Shown: piece by piece, positions 27,950 to 41,936 of the stretch
How the letters are laid out: each line of letters opens with the position of its first letter
How positions within the stretch are numbered: position 1 is the stretch's first letter
Source of the DNA: Trichoplax sp. H2
Lineage: Eukaryota
Reading direction: 5' to 3'
Length of the DNA stretch: 61,620 bases
Assembly: GCA_003344405.1 (NCBI GenBank)
Contig: NOWV01000291.1
Coordinates: 1 to 61,620, forward strand
Made by a program: the position numbers and the translations under genes
The notes under the pieces: model-generated
Databases searched by the model: none
What the model saw: the letters and a program-made list of their open reading frames with translations, nothing else
What the model was told of the DNA's origin: nothing

Positions 27950-29053
27950 CTAGCGCACACGCTTTTGCGCATTAGCATCCAAAATATTGCATAATTCATG
28001 AACTCTTTGAGCTAGTTTCTTTTTATTTTCTAACATTTTAACAATTTCAGCATGGTCGTGCTGTAATAGCATACCAGTTACAATATTGGCACGCTCATTG
28101 CCACATATTTCTGCAACCATTAAATATAAATTGTTACCTAACATTTGTTTCTGTTCTATTAATCGGTAAGAATCCATATTTTGTGTCATCATGCCACGAG
28201 GATAGCGTGCAACTTGCGCTAAAGGTGCAGGTTTACCACTTAGAAGAATTTGACGTGGTGGTTGATGAGGTCTAATGACCGTTGCTTGAGGAGGTAAAGG
28301 TGGCGGTGCTGGTTGTCCTAAATTGGATGTAGCTGATAGATGGCTATGGCGGTTAGGGTGAGCTTTCATCATTTGTCCAGCAGCTGGTATGGCTGCACCT
28401 GGTGCTATAGAGTAATTGACTGGAATAACAGCACCTGTAGGAATTTGTTGGGGATGCTGTTGCCAATGAAGTAAACGATGCTGTGTTAATCGTTGAGGTG
28501 CAGGACGTGGAGGAGGAGCAGGTGCGGCTATTGGTACATAAAATTTGGGAGGTTGTTGTTGAATAGGTTGAGGCGATAGTGCATTACTAGCATAACTACT
28601 GGGCTGTTGATAGGGAGGATTTGGTGAAGCTTGCTGTGTTGGTGGTGGTTGTTGTTGTTGTGGTGGTGGAGGCGGGGGTTGTTGTTGCTGCGATTGAACC
28701 TGAGATTGTGTTGGTAAAGGTTGTTGTTGGGTCTGATTAGGTGCATTAGAACCAACACGATGATTATATTGTGAAGCCAAGAAAGCTTTGCGTTCTTCCT
28801 TGCGTTGAGCAAATGTTACATATAACGGCTTGGAGACAATAATGCGTCCGCTCATTTCGTTAATCGCTTTACTAGCTTCCTCCTGTGTCGCAAAGCAAAC
28901 AAAACCAAATCCCTTGGATGCACCTTTTTCGTCACACATGACTTTAGCACTGGTAATAGAGCCAAATTTGGAGAATTCTTCTTTTAATCTGGCATCATCA
29001 ATGGCATCGTCGAGATTCTTAACATATAAATTAGCACTTTGGGTACGATTCAT
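27950..29053 (-). CDS. Polyadenylate-binding protein-like: single RRM (RRM4 type) + P/Q linker + diverged MLLE/PABC domain, intronless CDS, 367 aa
   Basis: NLYVKNLDD...[13 protein letters not shown]...SKGFGFVCF...[16 protein letters not shown] matches PABPC RRM4. C-terminal [11 protein letters not shown]...IVTGMLLQ matches MLLE (QKQMLGERLF...KITGMLLE). Confidence 0.9.
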   Translation of the reverse strand: MNRTQSANLYVKNLDDAIDDARLKEEFSKFGSITSAKVMCDEKGASKGFGFVCFATQEEASKAINEMSGRIIVSKPLYVTFAQRKEERKAFLASQYNHRVGSNAPNQTQQQPLPTQSQVQSQQQQPPPPPPQQQQPPPTQQASPNPPYQQPSSYASNALSPQPIQQQPPKFYVPIAAPAPPPRPAPQRLTQHRLLHWQQHPQQIPTGAVIPVNYSIAPGAAIPAAGQMMKAHPNRHSHLSATSNLGQPAPPPLPPQATVIRPHQPPRQILLSGKPAPLAQVARYPRGMMTQNMDSYRLIEQKQMLGNNLYLMVAEICGNERANIVTGMLLQHDHAEIVKMLENKKKLAQRVHELCNILDANAQKRVR

Positions 29054-30183
29054 GTCGAATATTCTGTCGGATAATGATAAAAGTCTATTGAAAAGAATGG
29101 AATAATAAGGGTAAAAATCAAATGGAATATTTTCCCTTTGGTTGGACTAGAGCAAGATTGCAAATGGAAGCAATTTTGGGGGGAGTCGTCCAATTTTACA
29201 ATAATCAATTGATCAGATTGGCCAGTAGATTATTAGGATGACGATGGATACAAGCGACCGGCAATAAAGACTTGATCAATCAAACGAATGATTTCGATTG
29301 TACTGGAGCTACCTAGGGTGTCACTATAATAAACTTGTCTGGCCTGCCTTTTATCGCTGTCCAAAAAATAGGAAAAGGATAAACTGTCACACAGTTTCAA
29401 TCTTGTACTCGCTACAGGTATAATGTCAGAAATAATCATCTAGTTTTTTACCTCTCGTTCTATCGATTCAATTGTACAATGATGTCAACTTGGATGCGAT
29501 GTCAACGGCTACCGATGAATCGGTCAACCCATGCAATCTATAGGAAGAAAAGAAAAGATAAACTACTGTTGCTCACGGCTAATCACTACCTATCCTAACG
29601 TTTTTAGTTAATAATTCATGAAGAATGTCTCATCAACGCACACTTACACAAAAAACAGAAAAGTTTGCAAATTTTAAATGACTCAGGGTTGAAATAGATC
29701 AGACTTGGAAGCTTGATGCCAAGCGCTTAATAACTTGAATACCGTTATTTGGAAATTATCGAAGCTAAAATAGCTGGACTTTCCTTTTGCGCGCTGAAGG
29801 AGAGGGAGGAGCTCCTTTTCCTAATTGCCTCTCTTGCTGCTTTCTTTCCACAACGTTACCAGCCCGCTTGAAAAAGCTCCATTCCCCGCCTACATAAGCT
29901 AAAACAACCAATCTTACTTGCCGAAGCTAGTCCAATCAATTCTAACGGAACTCAACAAATCAATCGCTCGATGATGCCAAGCTAAATACAGCTAAAATGG
30001 CAGAAAAGCTGAACAGGATCGCAATGATTGATTCCAGCGCCAACTGTGTGTTAACCAAAAAGGGATAGTGTTGTTACAAGAAAAAAGTGCTCAGCCTCTA
30101 GCAGGGACACGTTGCTTGTGGATAGGCTACAGTATTGGATTGGAGAGTGGTTTGGGTGGTATCGCCCTTTCTTGCACTAAACT

Positions 30184-31036
30184 ACAAGTCGGGGTTGTGC
30201 GGTACGATACGCTGAGCCCATGGTCAAGGTGGTACTACTCTACAGTACTGTGTGCACTACGACAAGTCGGGGTGGTGCGGTACGATACGGTAAGCCCATG
30301 GTCAAGGTGGTCCAGTACTCTACAGTACAACTGGGGGTTGTGCGGCACGATACGATGAGCCCATGGTCATGGTGTTGCATTATTTTAGTGTACTGTACGC
30401 TACGGTACGGTGAGCCCATGGTCAAGGTGGTCCAGTACTCTACAGTACAACTGGGGGTTGTGCGGCACGATACGATGAGCCCATGGTCAATTGGTCATGG
30501 TGTTCCATTATTTTAGTGTACAGTACTCTACAACTGGGGGTTGTGCGGCACGATACGATGAGCCCATGGTCATGGTGTTCCATTATTTTAGTGTACGCTA
30601 CGGTACGGTGAGCCCATGGTCAAGGCGATCCAGTACTCTACAGTACAACTGGGGGTTGTGCGGCACGATACGATGAGCCCATGGTCATGGTGTTCCATTA
30701 TTTTAGTGTACTGTACTGTACTCTACGGTACGGTGAGCCCATGGTCAAGGTGGTCCAGTACTCTACTCTACAGTCTACACTCTACAGTACATTGAGTACT
30801 ACAGTACGACAAGTCGGGGTTGATGGCTACGATACGGTGAGCCCATGGTCAAGGTGGTACAGTACTCTACAACTGGGGGTTGTGCGGCACAATACGATGA
30901 GCCCATGGTCATGGTGTTCCATTATTTTAGTGTACTGTACTCTACGATACGGTGAGCCCATGGTCAAGGTGGTCCAGTACTCTACTCTACAGTCTACACT
31001 CTACAGTACATTGGTACGATACGGTGAGCCCATGGG
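30184..31036. repeat. GC-rich modular minisatellite, 13 copies of a GAGCCCATGG(TCA) core with alternating linkers (~50-105 bp spacing)
   Basis: Core at about 30214, 30292, 30357, 30412, 30477, 30560, 30610, 30675, 30735, 30839, 30899, 30954 and 31026. The linkers are re-used variants. Confidence 0.95.
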
Positions 31037-32606
31037 CTAGTGGGAGAAAACCAAGGGAATCTATAGTACTGTACAGTACTGTAAATCACACCTTGCTGTA
31101 CCGTACAGTATAGTGTACAGTATATTACTGTAGGTCACGACTGGACACTGTAGAAAAGGAGCTGATTTCAGCAAGGATTTGTACGCTTTCAGTAGTCTTA
31201 TATCCAACCTATCCTATGCCCAGGTAGAGCCAAATGAAAGCATCGTAGACTATCGTTTTTCAATTTTTCGAGCTGCAGTGTTAAATAATAATAACTGTAC
31301 AGAGACAACAAAAAAATAAAATAATGTCACTCATGGCCATCTACCGCGTTACCATAGACGGTACTCTAGCTGTATGCTAGAGTACTGGCATTATTTTTGC
31401 CAGCGATTAGTCCAATCTGATTCTCTCTCTCTTTTAGCTGTAGTCCTTCGATCAGGGACTATCAAGAAGGAGGGAAGGCCGGTCAGAGCAAAAATGACTT
31501 TGCATTTATTCTTTCTTTCTTATTAATGGTCCTTCCTTCTACAGTACAGTACTGTACTGTACTACTTGATCACTGAAAGCGTCGGCAACAGTGCACGCTT
31601 GCAGACATACTGTACAATTGAAATGGCCGCAAAATACTCGGCCTGTCTCTTCCAAGTCAACAAGACCACTAAAAAGAGAAAAATTTCTTATTCGCATAGA
31701 TCAATCACAGCGATTTCTTTCCAAATCGATTCTACCATGCTACAAAGAAGAAACTCCAAGGTTGTTTGCATAGGGTACAGTATCAAAAAATGAACAACCA
31801 CGGGGTCGCAGCCGTCTGGCTTTCTACAGTCTACAGTGTACAGTATATGACAGTACGTACAGTACTGTGCACTATAGAGTCAACAGTGTGCAGTAGTCTA
31901 GTTGTACTACTGGATAGAACAGTATGGATAGTCGCATTAATGCTCCGGTCGACACTACAGCCACGACGTGATTTACAGGCAAAGATCTTGACAAATCTGC
32001 ATGATATTAACCTGGTTTGAACATACTTTTTTGCACGGTCTGCGCACGCTTTAACACACTGAGTCTGCTCACCAATGTTCAAGTCCATTAAGTTGATTCA
32101 ACGCAGACCGCAGACTGCGACTGGTCATTCGCCCTAGACATAGGCTGCGGCAGTAAAAAGAAGTTCATACTTGAAGGGATAATTTGCTACGGGAAGATTG
32201 CAAATTTACCTCATATTTTATAATAAAAACTAACAAAACCCGTGGAAATGCCACGGAATAGAGATAGTACTATTTGAAGTTAAGAATTAATTAATTCATT
32301 AATTAGAATAGAGAAGTTTACAGGACAGCGTGACACACATACAATCGCATTAATAGGATGTGATATTATCATTCTGAACTAAGTATACTGCAAGATGAAG
32401 CTGATATTGACTTCAACTACGGTACAGTTATTGATTGCCATTGACAGTAATGAATAAGACATCAGCTGGAAAATGAGAGCGGAAAAATCAATATTTTGTA
32501 ACATGACTGTAGTACGTATATCTCAAAAAATGAGCTGGCTGTTTATGCAAAATGATATTATAGCGTACGCGTACAGTATATTGCACATTGAGTGAGGGGG
32601 GGGGGG

Positions 32607-33140
32607 AAATAAATATTCTATTTAAGTTAATGATTGCAGCGTAGTAAAGCTGAAATCTTCTCAAAAAATTGTTGGCGTGTAATGCAATTTGTGATAAACT
32701 TCCAAATGAGCAATAAATATTCTATTTAAGTTAATGATTGCAGCATAGTAAAGCTGAAATCTTCTCCAAAATTGTTGGCGTGTAATGCAATTCGTGATAA
32801 ACTTCCAAATGAGCAAAGTCTTCGCGAAATAAATATTCTATTTAAGTTAATGATTGCAGCATAGTAAAGCTGAAATCTTCTCCAAAATTGTTGGCGTGTA
32901 ATGCAATTCGTGATAAACTTCCAAATGAGCAAAGTCTTCGCGAAATAAATATTCTATTTAAGTTAATGATTGCAGCGTAGTAAAGCTGAAATCTTCTCAA
33001 AAATTGTTGGCGTGTAAGCAATTCGTGATAAACTTCCAAATGAGCAAAGTCTGCAGCGTAGTAAAGCTGAAATCTTCTCCAAAAATTGTTGGCGTGTAAT
33101 GCAATTTGTGATAAACTTCCAAATGAGCAAAGTCTTCGCG
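32607..33140. repeat. Tandem repeat, ~105-116 bp unit, ~5 copies
   Basis: AAATAAATATTCTATTTAAGTTAATGATTGCAGC...AAACTTCCAAATGAGCAAAGTCTTCGCG repeated with small deletions. Begins right after a G11 run. Confidence 0.95.
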
Positions 33141-35569
33141 ATTCCAATATTGGGCAGTTTACCAGCGTATAGAATCTAGTTATACATGTTGGCATCATTG
33201 CGTCATTTTACTTAGACCTACAGTAAGTAGCAAAATTTTCTACTGTACCGCACCACGTGCATGAACTGAATGAACATGTAGATGCACTATTTTGGATGGC
33301 ACTGGTTGGCCATACGAATAGAAGTTAAAATAGAGAGATCGAGGCCTACATAGTTACTCAAAAAAGTTCCTAAATTTTCAATTCGATAATGCTGTGAAGG
33401 CTAGGATAATATAGACGTAGAATGATCACCGTAGTTTAGGATAGTTCGCATTTATAATTATAAGAGTTACGCTGTAAATTGGAAAATAAAATGTTACCTG
33501 GTCATCTCTTTGTAGTGTGTCATCGATCGGCTTTGCAAGTACCGTCCATCTTAGAAATCTTCTACCTACCTTCTGATAGAAATACTTCACACAGAACTGC
33601 ATACTGCAAGCGAGAGCTGTAGTGCAAAAAAATTTGCAATTCTCAATTTACATTGTCTTACAGCGACTAGCGTAATTTATGTGTACAATGATCGCAGCAA
33701 TATGGGATCATTCGTAATACTTCCCATTATAATTATAAGAGATATGCTATAAATTATAAAATAGATGTTAGTCATTCCTTCTACTGTACGTATTATGTCA
33801 ATGATTAGCTTTGCGATATATAGGATCCTTTATGATTCACCCAATCCTTATCCACAGTTCTGAAAATTTTTGAGCCTTCCATCTATACCCTACAGTATGT
33901 TGCAAATCGGAACTAAAGCGGGGGTAACAGATTCAACCTTAAATTGCACTCTACGAAAGATAGCATTAATTTTAGTATAGATGCATTACGCTTCAGATCT
34001 GATGAAAGTTACAAATTAGATCTCTAAAAGAGTTTTATTTGCTTCTAAAAGTTGCCAAAGCAGAAAGCTCTGCAAGAGAAAAGCCTATGATAATTTACAC
34101 CTATCATAAAATATGGTTACTCTTAAATTTTATTACAAACATGCAACAATAGTAACTTCCTCACAAGTTAAAATTTCAAGTATGATGGCTTCACAATATT
34201 GAATTTCTATATATAAATTTACTGTTTTATACATTTTTAGACCACATTATTCAAACTGACGAAAAGTTACAATTTTTTAAGCAGTCAAGTTAGTATTTCG
34301 ATGAGAAATTGTCCAATTACTTGTTCTCCATTGATCATAAACTACGTTAAAGTTAGCTTTGCCATGGATGGAATCAAGCGAGGGATAACTTTGGACTTTA
34401 TTTGATATGGTCGATGTCGGATCAAGGTTCAGTAGCTAGATGTTAAAATATGATACAATGGTTCAATCAAAATTTGTACATCAACACCATTCCTAGATTA
34501 TATTTACATATACTGTGTTATTTACAAGCAGTAATAAACTGTCTACATCAGCTAGATCAGACTGTAAGGAATAATGATGGCTATGATAGTCCGCAATCAT
34601 GCTTATAGTAGGTACACATTAATCTTGCGAAATGATCAATGGTCTGGATGACTGGATCAATTAAATCAGATTACAAACGATGATAATCGCTAGCGCATAT
34701 CTGAATAACAGTATTGTAACGTGCGTTTACACTACACGGTTTATTTTCATCTGAATCTTTTTTAAGGCCTTTGCATACACCACACCTTAAATCATGTTCA
34801 AATTGAATAAAATAAGAGCAAGACTGTGGTAGATGTATTTGAGAACTCATAAGAAAATTTGAACTAAATACTGAAGTGCATCATGCATAAATGAAATGGG
34901 CTAATGTACAGTATAATTATAAGATGCAAAGACAGAATACTACTCTTGTCCAAGTTGCGATAATGGCGTCAATTCCTATCATACGGTAGAAGATAGTTGT
35001 CAAATTCCCGTAATGCTTTTCTCAACATCATTTAAGATTGTTTTTTATTTACGAATGATATACAAATAGAACACCCGACTAACAACTTATTTCACGAGGT
35101 AGGCGAGTAACAAAATTATATTAGGTTGATTGCTCAAGATTGCTCATTTTGCCAAAAAATGTTAAACTATCTTGTATTATGCATCAATTTAGATACGCAT
35201 ATTGTGCAACGGAATAGATAAAATGCATCTTTTCACTTTTTAATTTCTACAGGAAATCAATGTAAAAGGTAATAGTCTGTCTCAAGTTATTATAGTTAAA
35301 TAACAAAGCTGAGCTTTCTTTTTGAGGCTATTAAATTATAAAATTTAAAATGAAAGGCAAAATAACTCAATATAGAAATACAATAATAACTTAATTGAAA
35401 GAATAACTTAACAGAATCAATTTAGCAGCGCTGAATCAAACTATTATAATATAAGTACGAGGTATTGTCTACGTAACTTGATTTTTGCTAAAGGGTAGTA
35501 TTTCTCAAGCTCTAATTATAATATTATATTCTTATGTGTTTAGCCTGATACAGTGAGACAGTCTATTCA

Positions 35570-36937
35570 TTATGATGATGAGTCAATCACTGCTACCCTT
35601 TCTTCTACCTATTAAGGTATCAGGCCTTTTAAACGATTTTAATCAGAATATAAGCTAATCATTTATTTCTTACTATTTGTTTTAGCTTATCCAATAGCAA
35701 TTGCCATTCTTCATAATCTGCTTGTGTAAAAGGCTGTAACAAAAAGCGTATTTTATGACACAATTAACTCGCATTTTATTTAATAACAAAGACTATAACT
35801 GGGCATCTGCCACTTAGAAAGAGCTTCTACAAAATTTTGCGAATTATATTGCATCTATCTAGTAGCTAGAGTCAAAAGCCGAACAAACCCGTTTTGAGTT
35901 CCTAGCATGCTCATATTTTACAGCGATGGCTCGACATAAATGGCCACGATTTTTGAAGGCTTTTTTATAAGTACTGGCTAACAAGTAAATATGAGCGGAG
36001 ATTCTTTCACCCCATGGTCTAGCTACTCTTCTGTTATGCTTCAGTAAATGCTGATCTTTACGATTGAAATTAATACTAAAAAATCAATTCTAAAGACAAA
36101 CAATCATTACAAAAATTATAGTATACTTTGCTTAAATTTTATCGAATTGCTGTCTAAGGAAATAATTATCTATAGCAACAATTGTACGAATTATTACTTT
36201 ATTTCATGACCAGAATTAACTTACTTAAAATGATTTCATCGTTTATTGCTTTTAGTCTATAACGATAGCCTATTGAATATAATAAACATAGTAGATTGTG
36301 ATATCCTGCTCAATCACAAGCATACAAAGTGATCTTTTTTAAAATATTTTAGAAAGCAAACAAGAATTTAGTGTGGATATTACCTTTAATCGAATCTGCA
36401 TCTTCAAAGAATAAAGGTTCGCGACGTGTGGAAACAGTAACTGCTATGCCTAATTTATCGTTAATTTCAGCCTTAATGCTCTACAATTAAATGCGAAAGT
36501 TTCATTCACTGTATATGAGCTTGTAATCCTCTCAATAGTTGTTGTAAGATGTTTATAATTTAAGATATTATACTATGCTGCTTCACACAAGTACCGGATA
36601 TTATTAGATCAAACAATAAAATGAATTCACTTACTTTTGATCCAGTATCTCCAACTATATCTATGGTTTTAATCCCTTGGCTGATTAATTTAGAACGTTC
36701 TCTAAGTCTTATTACCATCATACATATGCCCATTGCAGCCTAAGATTTTTAAAATATACAGTATCGAGAATTATTTTACGTGACAGTAAAAGTTACTATT
36801 TTTTGTTGTGTGATAGTATATATTCAATAGCAAACCGTAATAATGACTGCCGCTAGGATAATTCTAAATCTAGCGTCTCCTAAAAATTCTAGATACTGTA
36901 TAAATCTTTCAAAGTTTTCATCGGTATCCGAACTCAT
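35570..36937 (-). CDS. C1orf43/NICE-3 family paralog B, ~204 aa, 7 exons
   Basis: Exons 36937-36836, 36739-36635, 36480-36384, 36269-36225, 36055-35889, 35733-35674 and 35608-35570 splice in frame. N-terminal TM segment, then YRYRLKAIN, RPWGERISAHIYLL, KYEHAR and PFTQADYEEW. Intron phases are identical to the neighbouring copy. Confidence 0.8.
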
Positions 36938-37686
36938 CACGTTTGTGGGAAAATTTTATGATGAAACTATAGCTATAGCAATAATGATTTCAAAGTAATC
37001 GCATCATAAGATCGGAAATTCCTTTATTTCTTATGCCTTGTAGTAATTGGTGGTTTTTCGAATATTACGTTTATATTTCTGAAATTTCTAACAATATCGT
37101 ATAACGAATAGATGTGCTTGGCCAATCACGGATAACATATATTAATTAGTAACATATTGTACAGGGACATAATTAAATCTACTGGGATCAACAATAACTT
37201 ATATTAAATCCATCAGTAGTATCTGATGGCTCAATCGACACAGAATGGCCGCCTCTTACAGCTGAAAATTTGTAAGTAAACATAGCTGGCAATTTATAAA
37301 CAGTACAAGCCCATTATTTATGCTCTCTCGGTGAGCTAACTTTGTATGACTTATGAATGTTATCTAAAGCGATGAAATATATAAAATTGTATTTTACGAG
37401 CTCAGTACGCCTATAGATAATTGTTGCTAATATAATACATAATGTAATAATATCCGTTAATAAGTTGCTTTCTATTTCATTAAGAACATTACTTTAACCT
37501 ATTGGCAAAGTAAAACTTTTATATTTTTCACCAACTTTTACTATTACAATTTCGAGAAGCAAAATTTACAAAAGAACACTTAAATTATAGCCAGATCCAG
37601 CGATCTTTATCTATACGTAATTTTCATAGTTATCTGTACAGTACGATAAAGTTCCATATAAACATCTATATAAAAAATTCTCATGC

Positions 37687-39911
37687 TTAGACAAAAACAG
37701 CGCCATCTTTTGAACTGATGCCAGTGACTACGACATGAGCTGAAGATGAGGAATCATCATCTTTGTTGCTACTTCGACTAGTGGACTTATTTTTCGGTGA
37801 AGAACTGAGTCGCTTTTTATTCCTCGTGATATTTATGCCTCCAGAGGAAGTAGATGGTTGGGCGTTATCTTCTTCAAGAGTTCTTGTTTCAGTAGTTTTT
37901 GGCGCATGAGGAATGCTAACATCTAAGTCACTAGATGAAACATTTGCATCGACTTGCTTAATTCTTCTTATCTACGAGTATAATAATTAAAATGCATTAG
38001 ATATGGTATTGAAGTCCATCTTCAGCTTAAATGACTAAACTAAAAGATTAAAGTCTACGTCATTTTATGGATATCACGTTATCTCCAGTTAAATACTAAA
38101 AAGGCACAACTATACTGATATGATATTAGTTACCAATTTTATTAAATAGTCCAACAGTCGATGAAACCGATCGTATTCCCTACGTCCAAATGGCTGTAAT
38201 AAATATCACAGGGTTACTTACAAGTTAAACATCTCCACGACTAGAAAGCTAATTTACCTTGGCAATAAATCTTGCGTGTTCGTACATTGCCGATAGAGCA
38301 CTGTATAATGCTTCACGTCCATCAAAAATGCTGGGATAAAATCGCCTTAAGAGGCTTAGATGCTCTCGAAAATCTCGACCTACGGGACGTAATAGATGAC
38401 CATCCATTTCGAGAAAGATATCATCTAATGCAAACCATCCAATCACACAGTAATTCAAAGTCCTATTTATTATAGTCTATATCTATCTGTATAATTTAAG
38501 TAAATAAACTTACTTAAGGCAACCACTTCATCTAGCACTTTCATGCGATAATGATGATCTAGAAAAGATTATACAGTTGAATTGATTTTTTAAAGCTTTG
38601 AAACTATTGTTTGCTTGATAACTGGACTATAAAGTCTTATTCTTCATTATAGAGGAGATGAATTTCGTATCACCAATATAACACGCACAGAATAAGATTA
38701 CTGAAGACATACGTGTATATGCTAAATCAGCCGAAATATTTATTATAAGTCAATACCTTTCGTAGGCTGCATGTCACGTAACAAGGACGGTTCACACAGA
38801 GATTGGACGGTCCTCTCTAAACTGTTCTGTATTCCTTTTCGCATCGTCTATTTTATAAGTAATCGATCAATGCTAACACTAATACAAGTGATATCTGAAA
38901 AGCATCTAATTAAATTACTGTACATATTTGGTTAAATCTACTTCATTAACTACTTTACTTTTTTATTTTATTGCTAATTAATTTACTGCCAAAAGGCTAT
39001 GCAGCCTACATCAGTCATTAACATCGCCTTATATGGAGTAAATAGTCAAATTTGAATAGTCATTAATGACAATGTCTATTCTGCATGGAAGTTTCCGTGC
39101 GTCAATGGCAGACATAACGTAATATTATCCGTCAGCAGTTTCCAAAGCAATGTTTAAGGTTCGCTTCTACGGTACTTTAATCATACCTTAATCCATTAGT
39201 TCTCATCAATACTACTCGTATATACTACAGTATGTTACGTTGAAGTATAACTTGATGATGCTGTTTAGCTATACGTATTTGAACGGTATTTTGGCAGCAG
39301 TAATACAAATCTTGCAATTTGTAAGACTTTAAAACAGATCAGTATCAGTCGTTATGTGGGTCATTGTATGATGGATATATCGTAAATTCTGCAATAAAAA
39401 TCCAGATCGAATGTACTTACTTTAGCGGCATCAGACCCAATGATCGTGTGCGGTTTTCTTGCGTTAATCAAGACGAAACGTTGTCGAACACGAAGAATGA
39501 GGATCATCACTTCTAGTCCACCCTATCAATTCATTTACAATCAAATACAGAAATAAATTATGCAAAAATCAACCCTTAAAATGCTTCTATCCCATTCTGT
39601 TTTCGAACTTGTTTGTTATTACATCGAAAAATCGATGTAGGATTTATTCTAATTATGATTATTACGAATATATACGCTATCTGATTTTTATAGAGGAAAA
39701 AGTTTATGTTCAAAATGATTGGCATTCTTTCCAAATCCAACGCATCTACTTTTAACATATACTGTACAGTACAAACACAAGCCTGTAAAAGATCAGTTTT
39801 TATCATTACCATAATAATCATAGCAATAATGAAGACTCCATATCGGCGATTGTAGAGATCAAAATTGCTACTGTCGGTGGTGGTTGCCGTAGTTGTATTG
39901 ATTGTAGACAT
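37687..39911 (-). CDS. C1orf43: C1orf43/NICE-3 family protein, ~283 aa, 7 exons
   Basis: Exons 39911-39810, 39522-39421, 38847-38757, 38558-38514, 38424-38258, 38193-38134 and 37971-37687. Motifs RKPHTIIGSDAAK, EPSLL, YRMKVLD, GRDFREHL, YEHARF and PFGRREY parallel human NICE-3 (RGPHVPVGHNAPK, EPQLL, YRMKALD, GKNFRSYL, YETARY, FGQNEY). Confidence 0.85.
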
Positions 39912-40405
39912 GTTGGAATAGCGGATAGTCGTAGGGCTCCTTCAAGCTAGGCAAGACCGACCACCCACCCGAGTAACACTATCCACTCTGTTTCCCGTTG
40001 GCTAGACACTAAGTTCTTTAGGCCTTCATGTAGTCACGGTACGGTACGGTACGATAGGGTACTAGTTCCGGTCGAAACGACCCGCAACAATCCAAAGTGG
40101 CCAGTGTCTTACCCTTCCAGTACCATATGATACGAACAGTACTGTGTCATACTGTACTCAGTATTCCAGTTAGACCCGAGTCCAAGCTTTACGTCATTGC
40201 TCAGCAGATTGGAGTAGATGGGCATTAAGAGTTTACTTGAATGCCCCCCATTTGATTTTCTCCATGGCGTAATTGCAATCAAACTGATTTCCCATATCGA
40301 TAGCCGGAATAAGCTTGAAAAGAGACTATAGCTTATTCTATTACTGTATTATACTGTTTTAGCTGACGAGTATTCAATCGAATTGAAGACGGTAGGTTGG
40401 ATAGG

Positions 40406-41936
40406 ATGGAAAATTCAAGGGAAGGAAGAGACGATGAGCGTGAAAATGGTTTGGTTTTAACGCCGGCTATGCAAGCCAAAATTCATCGAAATCGAGAGCG
40501 TGCATTACAGTTGAGAAAGGCGAGATTAGCCAAAACACCATATAGTAAAAAAAGCAAAGACGAAAGCGAGAGTAAAGAAATTGATACTGGCGCTGGATTT
40601 TTCTTGGAAGTAGTCAATGACTCCGATACTTCGCGTAATAATCAAATCGTAGAAGAACCAGGTGGTTAGATAAACTACTATAATATCTTCTTCATTTATA
40701 CCAAATACAGAGATGTTTCCTAGTCATTGAATTGATCGATTTTGTGAACGACTATCGTACCTTTTTCTACAAACATTTCCTTCCTTCAATGTGAGTATGC
40801 CAATTTTTATAGTGTTGTTGATCATGCCCTTTTCATGCATTGGATTAGGTCCTATCATTGGATTACTGAAATGTATGAAATGTCAAAAGAACTTTGGAGT
40901 ATCTTACCTCTATAATAATTTCGAGTATAAAATCTGCGATAACTGCAGGTATTGTTGGAATATTATTTCTTGTCGTATAGAGATAAGCTATCAATTCTGT
41001 GATCATAAGTTTGGATCTACAATCAAAGTCTTATTGTAATTTCATTCTCTCCAGAGATACAGATGGCGAGCATTCGTTGATCACTCGAACAGAAGCCAAA
41101 CAGGTAAGACTTTACTGTATACTGATTATATGTACGGCCTTGAAAAGGCCTAACTGCACTTTAAGGATTATCCTGCTATCGTATCCCCATTAAGGATATT
41201 TTCATATAAAATCATAATATATATTAACTACATTACATCCTCATTGATATTTTTCTTTATCAGAAATACTTACTCAAAGACTGTGACTTGGACATGAGAG
41301 AACCAATACTAAAATATATATCCAAAAAAAATCCCCATAATCCTCGTTGGGGCCTTATGAAGTTATACTTATTGTGTCAGGTAAGCAACTGCATAAATTC
41401 ATTCTATTTTGAATTAAGTAACTATAAAAAAGTGTTTTGTCAATTCTTGATAGCATGAAATAGCAATATAACTTTATTTAAAATTGCTAATCTTTCATAG
41501 ATCGAAGAGCGATGTTATCAGATTTGGGGGGATGAACAAGGTCTCCAAGATGAATTAATCAAAAGAGCGGCTAACCAAGAACAGTCCAGGCAAAAGAAAT
41601 TTGACAAGAGAATTCAAGGTCTTTATATCGTCATTGGATAATGATTATACCACAAATTTTCTACTATAAAAGTTGGATGAACTCGTAATAATACAAGTGA
41701 ACGAGATGAGTTACTATTTGGTGATATTTTATACTTGTATATCTAAGATTTGTCTTATCTAATCTTTGCATCGACTAGCGTTAAGGAAAGCCTTTAGAAG
41801 TAGTACGTGGACTAAAAACTTATCAAGACACGAGCATCGATTCGCTGAAGGCCAAGAGATCTACGATGAAAAAGAAAATGTCTGGGTCAAGTCATGTATT
41901 GAATGTGACTATCGTGTTTCTTTCGAAAAGATGTGA
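40406..41936 (+). CDS. XPA: DNA repair protein XPA, ~265 aa, 6 exons
   Basis: Exons 40406-40661, 40849-40948, 41055-41103, 41264-41380, 41501-41618 and 41779-41936. Motifs [19 protein letters not shown] (ERCC1-binding), C4 zinc finger CMKC...[43 protein letters not shown] and terminal FEKM. Confidence 0.97.

Noticed and set aside
28528..29105. Alternative-frame and antisense ORFs over the PABP-like gene (similar ones over AFG2B, XPA and the RCC1 gene)
   Set aside because: Shadow ORFs of real coding exons.
30184..31036. CRISPR-like look (constant core with variable spacers) and several overlapping ORFs
   Set aside because: The spacers are re-used, lengths are irregular, there are no cas genes and the context is eukaryotic. 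The ORFs are repeat translations.
32726..33198. 68-aa and 118-aa minus-strand ORFs
   Set aside because: Translations of the ~116-bp tandem repeat.
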